From Candidatus Omnitrophota bacterium (GTDB taxonomy: Bacteria; Omnitrophota; Gorgyraeia; Gygaellales; Profunditerraquicolaceae): a DNA stretch of 59,192 nucleotides. The position numbers and the translations under genes are program-made. The stretch is taken from assembly GCA_035402765.1 (NCBI GenBank), contig DAONDX010000008.1, positions 1-59,192 on the forward strand. Direction: 5' to 3'. Under the pieces are notes generated by a model. That model was not told the DNA's origin. It searched no databases and saw only the letters and a program-made list of their open reading frames with translations. The first letter of the stretch is position 1; each line of letters begins with the position of its first letter. Positions 18,479 through 28,292 of this stretch are shown here, one piece after another.

Positions 18479-20155
18479 CTATATAAACTGCCGGAATTTA
18501 ATAAAAGTATATTTATGCAACAGATATTTAAACAGGGTTTTTATGATCCCTAGACCATACCAGAGACTCGGCCATAATTTTATGGTAGAAGCCTCTTCGA
18601 AGTAACGCGTCCTAATCGGTATTTCCTCAATCCGGAAATTATGCATAACTATCTGAGTAATGATCTCCGTATCAAAGATAAAACCATTATGGTTAGCATT
18701 AAAATCTATTGCTTTTAAAACCCGGGACGAATAAGCCCTGAAACCGGAATGATATTCGCTAAGGTATATTCCAAAAACAACATTCTCCAAAGCGGTGAGT
18801 AAAATATTGGCGTTATGTTTCCAGAGCGGCATCCCTCCCAAGAGAGCTCCGCCTTTCATCATCCGCGAGCCGAATACCGCATCCGCCCGGCCCTGCTTAA
18901 TCGGAGCAATAATCTCTCCGATAACTTTAGGGTCATATTGGTAATCCGGATGCACCATCACGACAATATCGGCTCCGGCGGCAAGAGCCTCTCGGTAGCA
19001 AGTCTTTTGATTGGCGCCATACCCTTGATTCTTTTTATGAACAAATACCTTAAGCCCTAAAGCTAAAGCCTCTTCTACAGTATTATCCCTGCTGGCATCA
19101 TCGACTAAAATTATTTCGTTAACTACATCCGCCGGGATATCTTTGACAGTCCTCTTTAAGGTCAAAGCGGCATTATAAGCAGGCAGGACCGCAACCACTT
19201 TTTCATTTTTATTTTCATTCGATAACTCCGGATTTTCTAATTCCTCAAGATATTCCAATTTTCTGGCCTTCCGGGCGTAAATTTCAATTTGATCACCGAA
19301 ATTAATTTTTAACAGCTGCGGCCGTTTTAAAAACCATCCGCCTAAAAATTTTACTAATTTAGAAAACCCGGAATTATAAATTTCTAATCTTTCCAGACAA
19401 TATCGAAAGCTAAAAAATCTTATGCTGTTTTCACACTTAACCGGCGCAAAACCGCAAACCCTCAGTATTTGATAAATTGTTTTTTTAGTAAAATAATACA
19501 AATGCTCCTGCTTGATTCCCCACCACCTGGCCCGCAGGATCCTGCTGGGTAAGCTGGCAATATCCGGAGTATTTATGCAAATCAATCCATCCGGCTTTAA
19601 TATCCTTCTTATCTGAATCAGAATATTCTTGGGGTCAGGTAAATGTTCAATTACATCTTTCAAAATTACGACATCAAAATAAGCAGGCGGAAATTGCGCT
19701 TCCTCTAAGTTTCCGCAAAAGATATTTTTTAGTTTTAAAGTGTCCCGGGCATAGTTTACCGCCCATTCCGAGATTTCCACGCCGTAGGCCTGAAAACCAA
19801 GTCCTTCGGCCTCGCTTAAAAGAAAACCTGTGGCGCAGCCAATCTCCAACAGCTTACCTGAAGGCTTAAATTTACGCAGCAATTTTAAACTGCAGCGGGC
19901 AGACCTTCTACGCCCCGCTTCTTCCTGCAGGTATAATAAATCCTCCATCTTTCTGTAATTTTCCAGGAGCCTGGATATCGGCGGTTGCGGATTAGCGTAA
20001 ATAAGCCCGCATTCCAAACATTTAACTATTCTTAAAGGGCAACCCACATTGCTGTCGGTGATATTATAAGAATCCTTGTTTAGATCTAAAATGTCCCCCC
20101 GATATGTCTTATAGAGGACCTTATAATTTAAACAACCGCATAGATTACATTTCAT
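18479..20155 (-). CDS. Class I SAM methyltransferase fused to GT2 glycosyltransferase
   Basis: CNLC...CLECG, LLEIGCATGF, DVIEHL, then VLPAYNAA, VDDASRD, VHPDYQYDP, SEYHSGFRAY, IPIRTRYF. Confidence 0.9.
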   Translation of the reverse strand: MKCNLCGCLNYKVLYKTYRGDILDLNKDSYNITDSNVGCPLRIVKCLECGLIYANPQPPISRLLENYRKMEDLLYLQEEAGRRRSARCSLKLLRKFKPSGKLLEIGCATGFLLSEAEGLGFQAYGVEISEWAVNYARDTLKLKNIFCGNLEEAQFPPAYFDVVILKDVIEHLPDPKNILIQIRRILKPDGLICINTPDIASLPSRILRARWWGIKQEHLYYFTKKTIYQILRVCGFAPVKCENSIRFFSFRYCLERLEIYNSGFSKLVKFLGGWFLKRPQLLKINFGDQIEIYARKARKLEYLEELENPELSNENKNEKVVAVLPAYNAALTLKRTVKDIPADVVNEIILVDDASRDNTVEEALALGLKVFVHKKNQGYGANQKTCYREALAAGADIVVMVHPDYQYDPKVIGEIIAPIKQGRADAVFGSRMMKGGALLGGMPLWKHNANILLTALENVVFGIYLSEYHSGFRAYSSRVLKAIDFNANHNGFIFDTEIITQIVMHNFRIEEIPIRTRYFEEASTIKLWPSLWYGLGIIKTLFKYLLHKYTFIKFRQFI

Positions 20156-20225
20156 TTTTAACTAAAATTAAGCAACAGATTTATAGAAAGTAAGCATATA
20201 GAATACAACTAATCAACTTTACCAT

Positions 20226-20262
20226 AAAAATAAACCCCCCGCCATTATTTATAGCGGAGGGT
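20226..20262 (-). terminator. Rho-independent terminator
   Basis: ACCCTCCGCTAT-AAATA-ATGGCGGGGGGT stem, fully paired allowing two G-U, followed by TTATTTTT on the minus strand. Confidence 0.8.
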
Positions 20263-20293
20263 CTATAATTTTCCTAAACCAATAACAATTGCA

Positions 20294-20971
20294 TTACTTC
20301 TTTTTTAATTTTTCGATCAGTTCGGCGACAAATTTGCCGGCGATTTCTTTACATCCTAAACCAAAAGCCAGAGCTAAACCTAAACCTAAAGAGCCCAGCA
20401 CGATCGAAATCGTCAATTCTGTAATCCGGATCCCGATCTGCAATTGCTCTAAACCTACAAAAACAGCAAAAGCAATAACGATTGTTTCAACAATCTGAGA
20501 CAGAAGTTTACCTTGGCTTAAACCTGCGTTATTGGCTGCGGTTTGCACAATGTTCTTCAATAAAGTTGACACAAACATTCCCAGGATCAAAATAAATAAA
20601 GCGGCAATAACATTCGGAATATAGAGAACAACTTTGTTTAATAAATCAGCGGCGATCGTAAGCCCCACAGAATTTACCGCTACCATAAACGTTATCAAAA
20701 GCCCCAGCCAATAACAAATTATTCCGACTAAATCGGATAAAGTGTAGCTTATGCCTCCCTTATTTAATAATTTGTCTAACTCGATACGGCTGGACAACTC
20801 ATTAATTTTAGCGGTTTTAAGGGTTTTACTAACTACCGATCTGATCACTTTAGAAAGCAACCAGCCGATGAGCAGAATAATAATCACCAGCAACGCATTA
20901 ACCATAAATTGGCTAATTTGCGCTAAAACCGTACGCGCGGGTTCAAGCAATACCACTTGCCAACTACTCAT
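20294..20971 (-). CDS. Small-conductance mechanosensitive channel-like TM helix repeat protein (CmpX-like)
   Basis: Multi-TM; LYIPNVIAALFILILG; GLALAFGLGCKEIA terminus. Confidence 0.8.
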   Translation of the reverse strand: MSSWQVVLLEPARTVLAQISQFMVNALLVIIILLIGWLLSKVIRSVVSKTLKTAKINELSSRIELDKLLNKGGISYTLSDLVGIICYWLGLLITFMVAVNSVGLTIAADLLNKVVLYIPNVIAALFILILGMFVSTLLKNIVQTAANNAGLSQGKLLSQIVETIVIAFAVFVGLEQLQIGIRITELTISIVLGSLGLGLALAFGLGCKEIAGKFVAELIEKLKKK

Positions 20972-21101
20972 AGCGACCTCCTTTTAATAAGTCCGTTATC
21001 CACCAAAATAACGGACAAATCAATCCCTTAACTTACTGGTAAACTAAAACAATATAAGGGATTCTTTTTATTAAACGATAACGCGGTCAGTTATTGTTAT
21101 A

Positions 21102-21130
21102 ACTTTATCATAACGAATAGGTTATGTCAA
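21102..21130 (-). promoter_or_regulatory. Sigma70-type promoter of the CmpX-like gene
   Basis: TTGACA-17 bp-TAAAGT with TGn extension. Confidence 0.6.
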
Positions 21131-21143
21131 GATTTTACCTTAA

Positions 21144-21629
21144 TTAAAGCCATTTTTTCTTAAGTTCAGCGTTAATTTTTTCCATCTTGGCATAGCTTAA
21201 TTTAGGATCATTATCGGACAATTTAGCCTGGGCGGCTAACCTGGCCTCCTGCTTACGGCCGATAAACTCTCCGACGCTGGAAATCTGCGCGTGAAGAAAC
21301 CTGCTAGACAATTGCACCTCTTTATCATCCGAAACCACAACGATATTTTTAGGGGAAGCCGAATCTTCGACTATTTTCTTGATCAGCTCATCCGCCTCTT
21401 GCGCCCGGGAAAACATGCAAAATAGATTAGTTGCATAGGGGATATCCTCGCCCGGCGGAGGATATCCGTCAAAAACCAAAATCACACGGTTGCTTTTACT
21501 TCCGGTTAGATCATTTAGCCTAATAAAATCCGCCAAGGTATGCTGAATGTTCCGGGCCGATTTGACGGCGGGTTTAAACGCAGGGTGATTTATTAGGTTG
21601 TAAGCGTCGATGATGTACTGTAAGGACAT
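21144..21629 (-). CDS. NYN (YacP/Rae1-like) PIN-fold ribonuclease
   Basis: YIIDAYNLI, ILVFDG, EADELI, VVVSDDKEV. Confidence 0.88.
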   Translation of the reverse strand: MSLQYIIDAYNLINHPAFKPAVKSARNIQHTLADFIRLNDLTGSKSNRVILVFDGYPPPGEDIPYATNLFCMFSRAQEADELIKKIVEDSASPKNIVVVSDDKEVQLSSRFLHAQISSVGEFIGRKQEARLAAQAKLSDNDPKLSYAKMEKINAELKKKWL

Positions 21630-22560
21630 AGATTAGTCCTCCCATGGCTCCGTATAAAATAAAAAATGAAAATGATAAAAGCGACATCGCTAAAGCCAAT
21701 TGCTTGACTACTCCGACTTTAGCAAAATAAACTACAAACAAACTCTCTCTTAAACCCAGGCCGCCGATGGCTACGGGTAAAAGAGTAATCGCTCCAATGA
21801 TCGGCAAAAAAATAAGAAAATAAACCAAACTAATCCTGACTCCTAAAGCCAGCCCGATAAAATAAACACTGATCGGCAAAGTAAGCTGGATAATAAAAGA
21901 AATTAGCAGATTCGAAACAATCATCCTTTTTTGATGGCGAAAAACGTGAATTTCCCGATGGATATTTTTAAGGGTTTCTTTTATTTTCCCGGAGCCGGGA
22001 GTAGAGAAAAATTTTGTAATTCTGGAGTAGATCGAATTATTGAATAAAACTAAAAGAATAACCGCCAGCAGAAGTATGATGGTCGATACCGAAGAAAAAA
22101 CAACTTTATCCGAAATTAAATCACCACCCAATAAAAGCGCCGGGAAAATCACTAAAACCAATCCAATGTAACCGCTTAATCTATCCAAAAAAACCGTAGC
22201 TACAACTTCTTTGGCTTTTTGAGTATGCTGCGCCAGATCCGCTACCCTGACTAAATCTCCTCCGATAGTGGAAGGCAAAAAAATACTAAAAAAAATACCG
22301 CCGGAAAAAGTACTGATTAGTTTTTTTAAAGAAGCCTTAATCCCTGCCCCCGCCAAGAGCATTTTCCAGCGTAAAAAACCTAAAATACAGGAAAAAATGG
22401 AAAATAAAAAACCCACAGCTAATAACCATTTATCCGCACCTTTAATATCATTGGTCAAAACCGCAAGATCGATTTTATTAAATTTGAACAACAAAACTAA
22501 AAGCAGGCAGCTTACGCTGAGTCTGGCTAAAAGCGAAATAACTTTTTTAACTCTAACCAT
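21574..22560 (-). CDS. Lysylphosphatidylglycerol synthase TM domain / UPF0104 flippase-like protein
   Basis: RWKMLL, FLPSTIGGDLVR, VFLDRLSG, LPVAIGGLGLRE. Confidence 0.88.
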   Translation of the reverse strand: MVRVKKVISLLARLSVSCLLLVLLFKFNKIDLAVLTNDIKGADKWLLAVGFLFSIFSCILGFLRWKMLLAGAGIKASLKKLISTFSGGIFFSIFLPSTIGGDLVRVADLAQHTQKAKEVVATVFLDRLSGYIGLVLVIFPALLLGGDLISDKVVFSSVSTIILLLAVILLVLFNNSIYSRITKFFSTPGSGKIKETLKNIHREIHVFRHQKRMIVSNLLISFIIQLTLPISVYFIGLALGVRISLVYFLIFLPIIGAITLLPVAIGGLGLRESLFVVYFAKVGVVKQLALAMSLLSFSFFILYGAMGGLIYVLTVHHRRLQPNKSPCV

Positions 22561-22575
22561 TCAAATTAAATTAGT

Positions 22576-23457
22576 TTAGGCGGTTAATTTACGGTAAGCT
22601 TCTAAGTATTTTTCTGTAGTAACCTTGATTATTTCTTCCGGCAAATCCGGCGCCGGGTAAGTCTTATCCCAATCCAAAGTCTCTAAATAATCGCGGACGA
22701 ACTGTTTATCAAAACTCGGCTGGGCCTGTCCCGGGCAATATTGGTTCAGCGGCCAAAACCGTGAAGAATCCGGGGTCAGCACTTCATCAATGATGATCAA
22801 CTGGTCTTGATATATCCCAAATTCAAATTTAGTATCGGCGATAATAATCCCTTTTTGCAAAGCATAATCACTGGCGCGCTTATAAATAGCGATGCTTGTT
22901 TCTTTTATGCGCCGGGCTAACTCGGCCCCTAATAAATTCTCGACATATTTTTGATCGATATTCTGATCGTGCCCCACCTCCGCCTTAGTCGATGGTGTAA
23001 AAATAATTTCCGGCAGCTTATCGGATTCCCTGAGGCCTTTAGGCAGCTTGATACCGCAGACCGACTGCGTCTTTCTATACTCCTTCCACCCCGATCCGGA
23101 AAGATAGCCTCTGACTACACACTCAACCGGCAAAGGCTTGGTTTTGAGAACCAGCATCGAACGGCCCGCAAGATCAGCTTGGTATTTCTTGAGTATCGGC
23201 GGGTATTTATCCAAATCCGTTGTAATTAAATGCTGGCCGATTATATCTTTAACAAAATCAAACCAAAATAAAGAAATACTGGTCAATACTCTTCCTTTTT
23301 CCGGTATACCGCAAGGCAAAACAACATCAAAACAAGAAATACGATCGGTAGAAATAATAAGCAGCTTATCATCCAGGTCATAAACATCCCTGACTTTACC
23401 CCGGCGAAAAAGCGGTACATCTTTAAAATCGGTTTTTAATAAAACATTACTTCCCAT
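22576..23457 (-). CDS. purC: SAICAR synthase
   Basis: [58 protein letters not shown]. Confidence 0.96.
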   Translation of the reverse strand: MGSNVLLKTDFKDVPLFRRGKVRDVYDLDDKLLIISTDRISCFDVVLPCGIPEKGRVLTSISLFWFDFVKDIIGQHLITTDLDKYPPILKKYQADLAGRSMLVLKTKPLPVECVVRGYLSGSGWKEYRKTQSVCGIKLPKGLRESDKLPEIIFTPSTKAEVGHDQNIDQKYVENLLGAELARRIKETSIAIYKRASDYALQKGIIIADTKFEFGIYQDQLIIIDEVLTPDSSRFWPLNQYCPGQAQPSFDKQFVRDYLETLDWDKTYPAPDLPEEIIKVTTEKYLEAYRKLTA

Positions 23458-25243
23458 TTTTCTTTAATCTCTCCAGCAACGCGTCATGTTCCTGCCAAAG
23501 CTCATCGGGGAGGTCTTTCTTAAACAAGCTGAAAAATTTGCTGATACCTTTTAGTTCTTCAGCCCATTCCTCTTTGTTAACCTCAAGCAGTTTTTCTAAA
23601 ACCCCATTGCCGAGGTTAAGGCCGGTCATATCAATATTAAACGGGTAAGGCAAATATCCGATCGGAGTACGCATAGCAGTAACTTTATTATTGCAGCGGT
23701 CCAGAATCCATTCTAAGATCCTTAAATTTTCGCTAAACCCGGGCCATAAAAATTTACTTTGCGCATCCTTTCTAAACCAGTTGACGTGGAATATTTTCGG
23801 AGGCTTAGCCATCAATTTGCCCATATTTAACCAATGCCTGAAGTATTCCGCCATGTTATAACCGCAAAAAGGAAGCATCGCCATCGGATCCCTGCGCACC
23901 TGGCCCAGTTTACCTACCTGGGCAGCAGTTAATTCCGAACCCATAGTTGCTCCCACAAATACGCCATGCTGCCAGTTAAATGTCTCATATACCAACGGAG
24001 CAACATGCTGACGCCGGCCGCCGAAGATGATCGCCGAAATCGGCACTCCATGATGCTGCTCCAGTCGAAAAGATGCGGAAGGACAATTCACAATAGGAGT
24101 AGTAAAACGCGCATTAGGATGGGCGCCTTTGATCACCTTGCCTTCTGCATCCAAAGTATTCGGTTTCCAGGGATTTCCTTTCCAATCAATACCTTGGCTG
24201 GGCACTTCACCGTCAGCCCCCTCCCACCAAACCGTATTATCAGGTTTTAAAAGAACGTTAGTATAGATCGTATTCTTTTTAATGGTTTTCATCATATTTA
24301 AATTAGCGCTGAAATTTGTACCGGGGGCCACTCCGAAAAATCCTGTTTCAGGATTAATCGCCCAAAGAGAACCGTCAGTATCCACCCGCATCCAGGAAAT
24401 ATCATCACCCACCGTCCAAACACGATACCCTTTATTCTTAAGCCCTTCCGGAGGAATAAGCATGGCTAAATTCGTTTTACCACAGGCACTGGGAAAAGCC
24501 GCAGCGATGTATTCAACATGCCCGTCAGGATCTTCAATCCCCATAATCAACATATGTTCAGCCATCCATTTTTCTTTTTTGGCGACAAAGCTTGCGATAC
24601 GCAAAGAAAGGCATTTTTTACCCAAGAGGACATTACCGCCGTAGCCGGAACCTACGCTCCAGATGGTATTATCTTCCGGAAAATGTAAAATTAACCGTTT
24701 CTTAATATCCAGCTCCGCTTTAGAATGTAAACACCTGGTAAAATCATCATCTTTTTCAAGCTGCCTTAATACCATTTCCCCGCAGCGAGTCATAATTAGC
24801 ATGTTTAAAACTACATAAAGGGAATCCGTCAATTCTACCCCGATCTTACTAAAAGGAGATCCTACCGGCCCCATTGAAAAAGGAATGACATACATCACTC
24901 GCCCGGCCATCGCTCCTGAAAAAATTGCTTTAGCCTTTGCATAGGCTGCCGCCGGGGACATCCAATTATTAGTCGGACCTACATCATGTTTTTTCTTCGT
25001 ACAAATAAAAGTTAAATGTTCGGTCCGGGCAACATCATCATGAGCAGTACGATGTAAAAAACAACCCGGAAGTTTTTCCGGATTCAGGCGGATCAATTCA
25101 CCGGTACTTACCGCCTCCTTTTCCAATGCCAGTTTCTGCTCATCCGACCCGTTAATCCAGACGATCCGCTCAGGCCCGCAAAGCTTGGCCATCTTATTTA
25201 CCCAATCAATTAATTTTTTATTCGTGGTAGGAGTTTTTTCCAT
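23447..25243 (-). CDS. pckG: GTP-dependent phosphoenolpyruvate carboxykinase
   Basis: [66 protein letters not shown]. Confidence 0.96.
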   Translation of the reverse strand: MEKTPTTNKKLIDWVNKMAKLCGPERIVWINGSDEQKLALEKEAVSTGELIRLNPEKLPGCFLHRTAHDDVARTEHLTFICTKKKHDVGPTNNWMSPAAAYAKAKAIFSGAMAGRVMYVIPFSMGPVGSPFSKIGVELTDSLYVVLNMLIMTRCGEMVLRQLEKDDDFTRCLHSKAELDIKKRLILHFPEDNTIWSVGSGYGGNVLLGKKCLSLRIASFVAKKEKWMAEHMLIMGIEDPDGHVEYIAAAFPSACGKTNLAMLIPPEGLKNKGYRVWTVGDDISWMRVDTDGSLWAINPETGFFGVAPGTNFSANLNMMKTIKKNTIYTNVLLKPDNTVWWEGADGEVPSQGIDWKGNPWKPNTLDAEGKVIKGAHPNARFTTPIVNCPSASFRLEQHHGVPISAIIFGGRRQHVAPLVYETFNWQHGVFVGATMGSELTAAQVGKLGQVRRDPMAMLPFCGYNMAEYFRHWLNMGKLMAKPPKIFHVNWFRKDAQSKFLWPGFSENLRILEWILDRCNNKVTAMRTPIGYLPYPFNIDMTGLNLGNGVLEKLLEVNKEEWAEELKGISKFFSLFKKDLPDELWQEHDALLERLKKNGK

Positions 25244-25254
25244 TTTTTTACCCT

Positions 25255-26172
25255 CTAAATTACCGACTTACTTATAAATTTATAAGCTGAATCAGCTGCA
25301 ACCGCCCCATCACCGCAGGCATTAATTACCTGATAAAACCCTTTCTTGCGGCAATCGCCGCAAGCAAAAATTCCCGGGGCGGAAGTCGCCATATTTTCAT
25401 CCGTAATAATAAAACCGGTTTCATCCATCTTTATTTTATTCTTTGCAAATACCGTATCCGGCTCATAGCCGATATAAATAAAAACCCCATCGCAAACCAG
25501 ATCGCTCTCTTGACCGCTTAAAAGATCCTTAACCCGTACTGACTCAACTTTATTGCTTCCTTTAATCTGGCTGACAATGCTGTTCAAAATAAAATTAATT
25601 TTGGGGTTTTGCTTCATCCTCTCCTGTAAAATCGGCGAAGCACGCAAATCGCCACGCCGGTGAATTATACTTACCGAGCTAGCAAAACGGCTCAAGTACA
25701 TTGCTTCTTCAGCTACGGCATTGCCTCCGCCGACCACCACTACTTTTTTAGCTTTAAAGAACGGCGCATCGCAAGTGGCACAATAAGAAACGCCTCTGCC
25801 TGTATACTGCTCTTCTCCGGGTACATTTAATTTTCTGGGACGGGCGCCGCTGGCGATAATGACCGCACCGGCGGTGAAATCACCGCCGGCGGTATTGACC
25901 CTGATACCGTCACCATCTAAACCAAGCACTTCCTCGCTTACAATTTTTAATCCCAGCTCTTTCACCTGGCTTTCCATGCGCGACATTAACTCCGCGGTAG
26001 AAATCCCGCCGGGAAAACCCGGATAGTTTTCGATAATTTCACTCGTTAAAATCCTGCCGCCAAGGGCCATTTTCTCAATAAGTAAAGTGTCCAGCCGGCT
26101 GCGCCCGGCATACAAAGCCGCGGTCAATCCTGCCGGTCCGCCTCCGATAATAATTAAATCATGTTTTTCCAA
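25255..26172 (-). CDS. trxB: Thioredoxin-disulfide reductase
   Basis: GGGPAGL, SYCATCD, GGGNAVAEEA, GIFACGD. Confidence 0.94.
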   Translation of the reverse strand: MEKHDLIIIGGGPAGLTAALYAGRSRLDTLLIEKMALGGRILTSEIIENYPGFPGGISTAELMSRMESQVKELGLKIVSEEVLGLDGDGIRVNTAGGDFTAGAVIIASGARPRKLNVPGEEQYTGRGVSYCATCDAPFFKAKKVVVVGGGNAVAEEAMYLSRFASSVSIIHRRGDLRASPILQERMKQNPKINFILNSIVSQIKGSNKVESVRVKDLLSGQESDLVCDGVFIYIGYEPDTVFAKNKIKMDETGFIITDENMATSAPGIFACGDCRKKGFYQVINACGDGAVAADSAYKFISKSVI

Positions 26173-26193
26173 AAGTCACCCTTTATTTAAAAT

Positions 26194-26706
26194 CTAAATT
26201 TTTGCTTCCTTGGCCAGCTTCTTTAATTTAGCTAATTTTCTTTTAATCCGTAACTTCTGCAAGAATGACGCATAATCAACGATAAGTTTGCCTTTAAGAT
26301 GATCGATTTCATGCTGCAAAACACAGGCAAAAAGATCACGCGCTTCCAGCTCCAAATGGCGGCCATCTTCATCCTGAGCCTGTAACCAAACTAACTTGGC
26401 CCGTTTGACTTTAATGGAAATTCCCGGAACGCTTAAACATCCCTCGCTAATCGACTGCTTACCCTGTCTTTTTATAATTTTAGGATTAATTAATTTATAA
26501 AGCCCTTCTCCGATATCCACAACAATTAACTGCTCGCTTAAACCCACTTGCGGAGCTGCCAGCCCGATACCGGAATCATCATACATACTCTTAGCCATCT
26601 GACTAAGAATCAAGCGGTGTTGATCGGTAATTCGCCCCACCGGCTTGGCTTTTTTTCTTAAGACAGCATCTCCAAATACTTTAATTTTTAATTTTGTTCC
26701 TGTCAT
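26194..26706 (-). CDS. def: Peptide deformylase
   Basis: [22 protein letters not shown]. Confidence 0.96.
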   Translation of the reverse strand: MTGTKLKIKVFGDAVLRKKAKPVGRITDQHRLILSQMAKSMYDDSGIGLAAPQVGLSEQLIVVDIGEGLYKLINPKIIKRQGKQSISEGCLSVPGISIKVKRAKLVWLQAQDEDGRHLELEARDLFACVLQHEIDHLKGKLIVDYASFLQKLRIKRKLAKLKKLAKEAKI

Positions 26707-27031
26707 CGACTTTTATGATTTTTGGCTTAATGTTTTTAGCTTCCTTATCTTCGACCGCTACATAAGAAACAATGATTATTTGATCTCCCGGGCAGGAGCC
26801 GCGGGCAGCCGGGCCATTCAAACAAATTATACCGCTTCCGGCTTTTCCTTTAATCACATAGGTCTCAATACGCAGACCGTTATTCAGATTAAGCACCTCG
26901 ACCTTCTCATTCTCTAAAATATCCGCAGCCAAAATTAAATCGGCATCAACCGTGATGCTGCCTTCATAATAAAGATTAGCTTCAGTAACAGTAGCCCGGT
27001 GGATTTTAGATTTCAACATTGTCCTTAACAT
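26681..27031 (-). CDS. panD: Aspartate 1-decarboxylase
   Basis: [24 protein letters not shown] self-cleavage site, ICLNGPAAR. Confidence 0.96.
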   Translation of the reverse strand: MLRTMLKSKIHRATVTEANLYYEGSITVDADLILAADILENEKVEVLNLNNGLRIETYVIKGKAGSGIICLNGPAARGSCPGDQIIIVSYVAVEDKEAKNIKPKIIKVDDRNKIKN

Positions 27032-27046
27032 TTTATTTTCTCTCCT

Positions 27047-27197
27047 CGTCTACGTAGACGACACCAACGCAATTCCAATCAGCGTTGGGTGTCAGTCTAC
27101 CATGCGACACCAACGAATTCTTTGCCACGCGAGCGGACATCGGCGTAACTTAAAATAAACGCCGGATGCTCCAGCAGCGTTAGGTGCCAATCTACCA
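27047..27197. repeat. Tandem, nested palindromic (REP-like) element
   Basis: GACACCAACG at 27060 and 27106; GCGTTGGGTGTCAGTCTACCA (27082) vs GCGTTAGGTGCCAATCTACCA (27177), 18/21 identical; inner inverted repeat GGACATCGGCGT/ACGCCGGATGCTCC; 14-bp palindrome CGTCTACGTAGACG. Confidence 0.7.
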
Positions 27198-27218
27198 CAA
27201 TAACATCTGCGTAATCCG

Positions 27219-28292
27219 TTAAGCGCCGATTATAGCCTTATTAGATATTAATCTATAGGTTTGGCGCGCAATCATTAGTTCTTCATTCGTAGGAATAACC
27301 AGGATCTTGGGCTTTTTACTCAAATAACCAAATAACCCTTTGCAGATACTCTTCCTGATTGAAGCCTTATTTTCACCGATCCCGGCCGTAAAAATTAAAG
27401 CATCTGCTCCTCCCAAAACCGATAAATAGGATCCGATATATTTCCGGATACGATAAACAAAGATATCCAAAGCCAGCCGGGCGCGCTTGTTCCCGGCATT
27501 AGCCTTTTCATCAAGCAGACGCACATCATTGCTGATCCCTGATATTCCTTTCAGCCCACTTTCTTTATTTAGGATCCGGTCCATCTGCCTGGTATCTAAA
27601 TTATTTTTATTCATAATATGCGTAATCAAAGCCGGGTCGACATCTCCGCAGCGGGTACCCATGACCAAACCCTCTAAAGGAGTATAGCCCATACTGGTAT
27701 CTATAGACCTGCCCTGATCAATCGCGGTAATACTGCAGCCATTGCCTAAATGGCAGGTAATTAATTTTAATTTGTTGAGCGGCTTTTTTAAAATCCGGCT
27801 GGCTTCAGCAGCAACATATTCATGACTGGTGCCGTGGAAACCGTATTTTCTTACTCTTAATTTATGATAATAATCATACGGCAGACCATAAATAAAAGCA
27901 TGCTCCGGTATGCTTTGATGAAAAGCAGTATCAAAAACCACCGCCTGTTTTATACCCGGTAAAAGTTTCTGACAAGCCAGTATTCCGGAAAGATTAGCCG
28001 GGTTATGCAAAGGGGCGATGGCGCTGCACTTCTTAATCCCTTTAATCACGCTGGCATCCACTAAAGCCGGTTTGTTAAAATCCTCTCCCCCGTGTACTAC
28101 GCGGTGGCCCACAGCTTCCACTGATTTAGCTTCTTCCAAAATAACCTTCAAGCCAGAATAATGATCGCCAAACTTTGAATTATCTTCACCGATATGTTCG
28201 ATCGCGCCTTTTTTAACCAAGTTCTCGGAAGGCATATCAAAAAGTTTATATTTAATTGACGAGCTTCCGCTGTTAATTACCAATATTTTCAT
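27219..28292 (-). CDS. ackA: Acetate kinase (start moved to MKILV at 28292)
   Basis: ILVINSGSSSIKY, GHRVVHGG, APLHNP, FDTAFH, YGFHGTSH, HLGNG, GTRCGD, FTAGIGEN, PTNEE. Confidence 0.96.
   Translation of the reverse strand: MKILVINSGSSSIKYKLFDMPSENLVKKGAIEHIGEDNSKFGDHYSGLKVILEEAKSVEAVGHRVVHGGEDFNKPALVDASVIKGIKKCSAIAPLHNPANLSGILACQKLLPGIKQAVVFDTAFHQSIPEHAFIYGLPYDYYHKLRVRKYGFHGTSHEYVAAEASRILKKPLNKLKLITCHLGNGCSITAIDQGRSIDTSMGYTPLEGLVMGTRCGDVDPALITHIMNKNNLDTRQMDRILNKESGLKGISGISNDVRLLDEKANAGNKRARLALDIFVYRIRKYIGSYLSVLGGADALIFTAGIGENKASIRKSICKGLFGYLSKKPKILVIPTNEELMIARQTYRLISNKAIIGA

Noticed and set aside
27047-27197. Mini CRISPR array
   Set aside because: Only two degenerate palindromic units of unequal length, with no regular repeat-spacer period and no cas genes.
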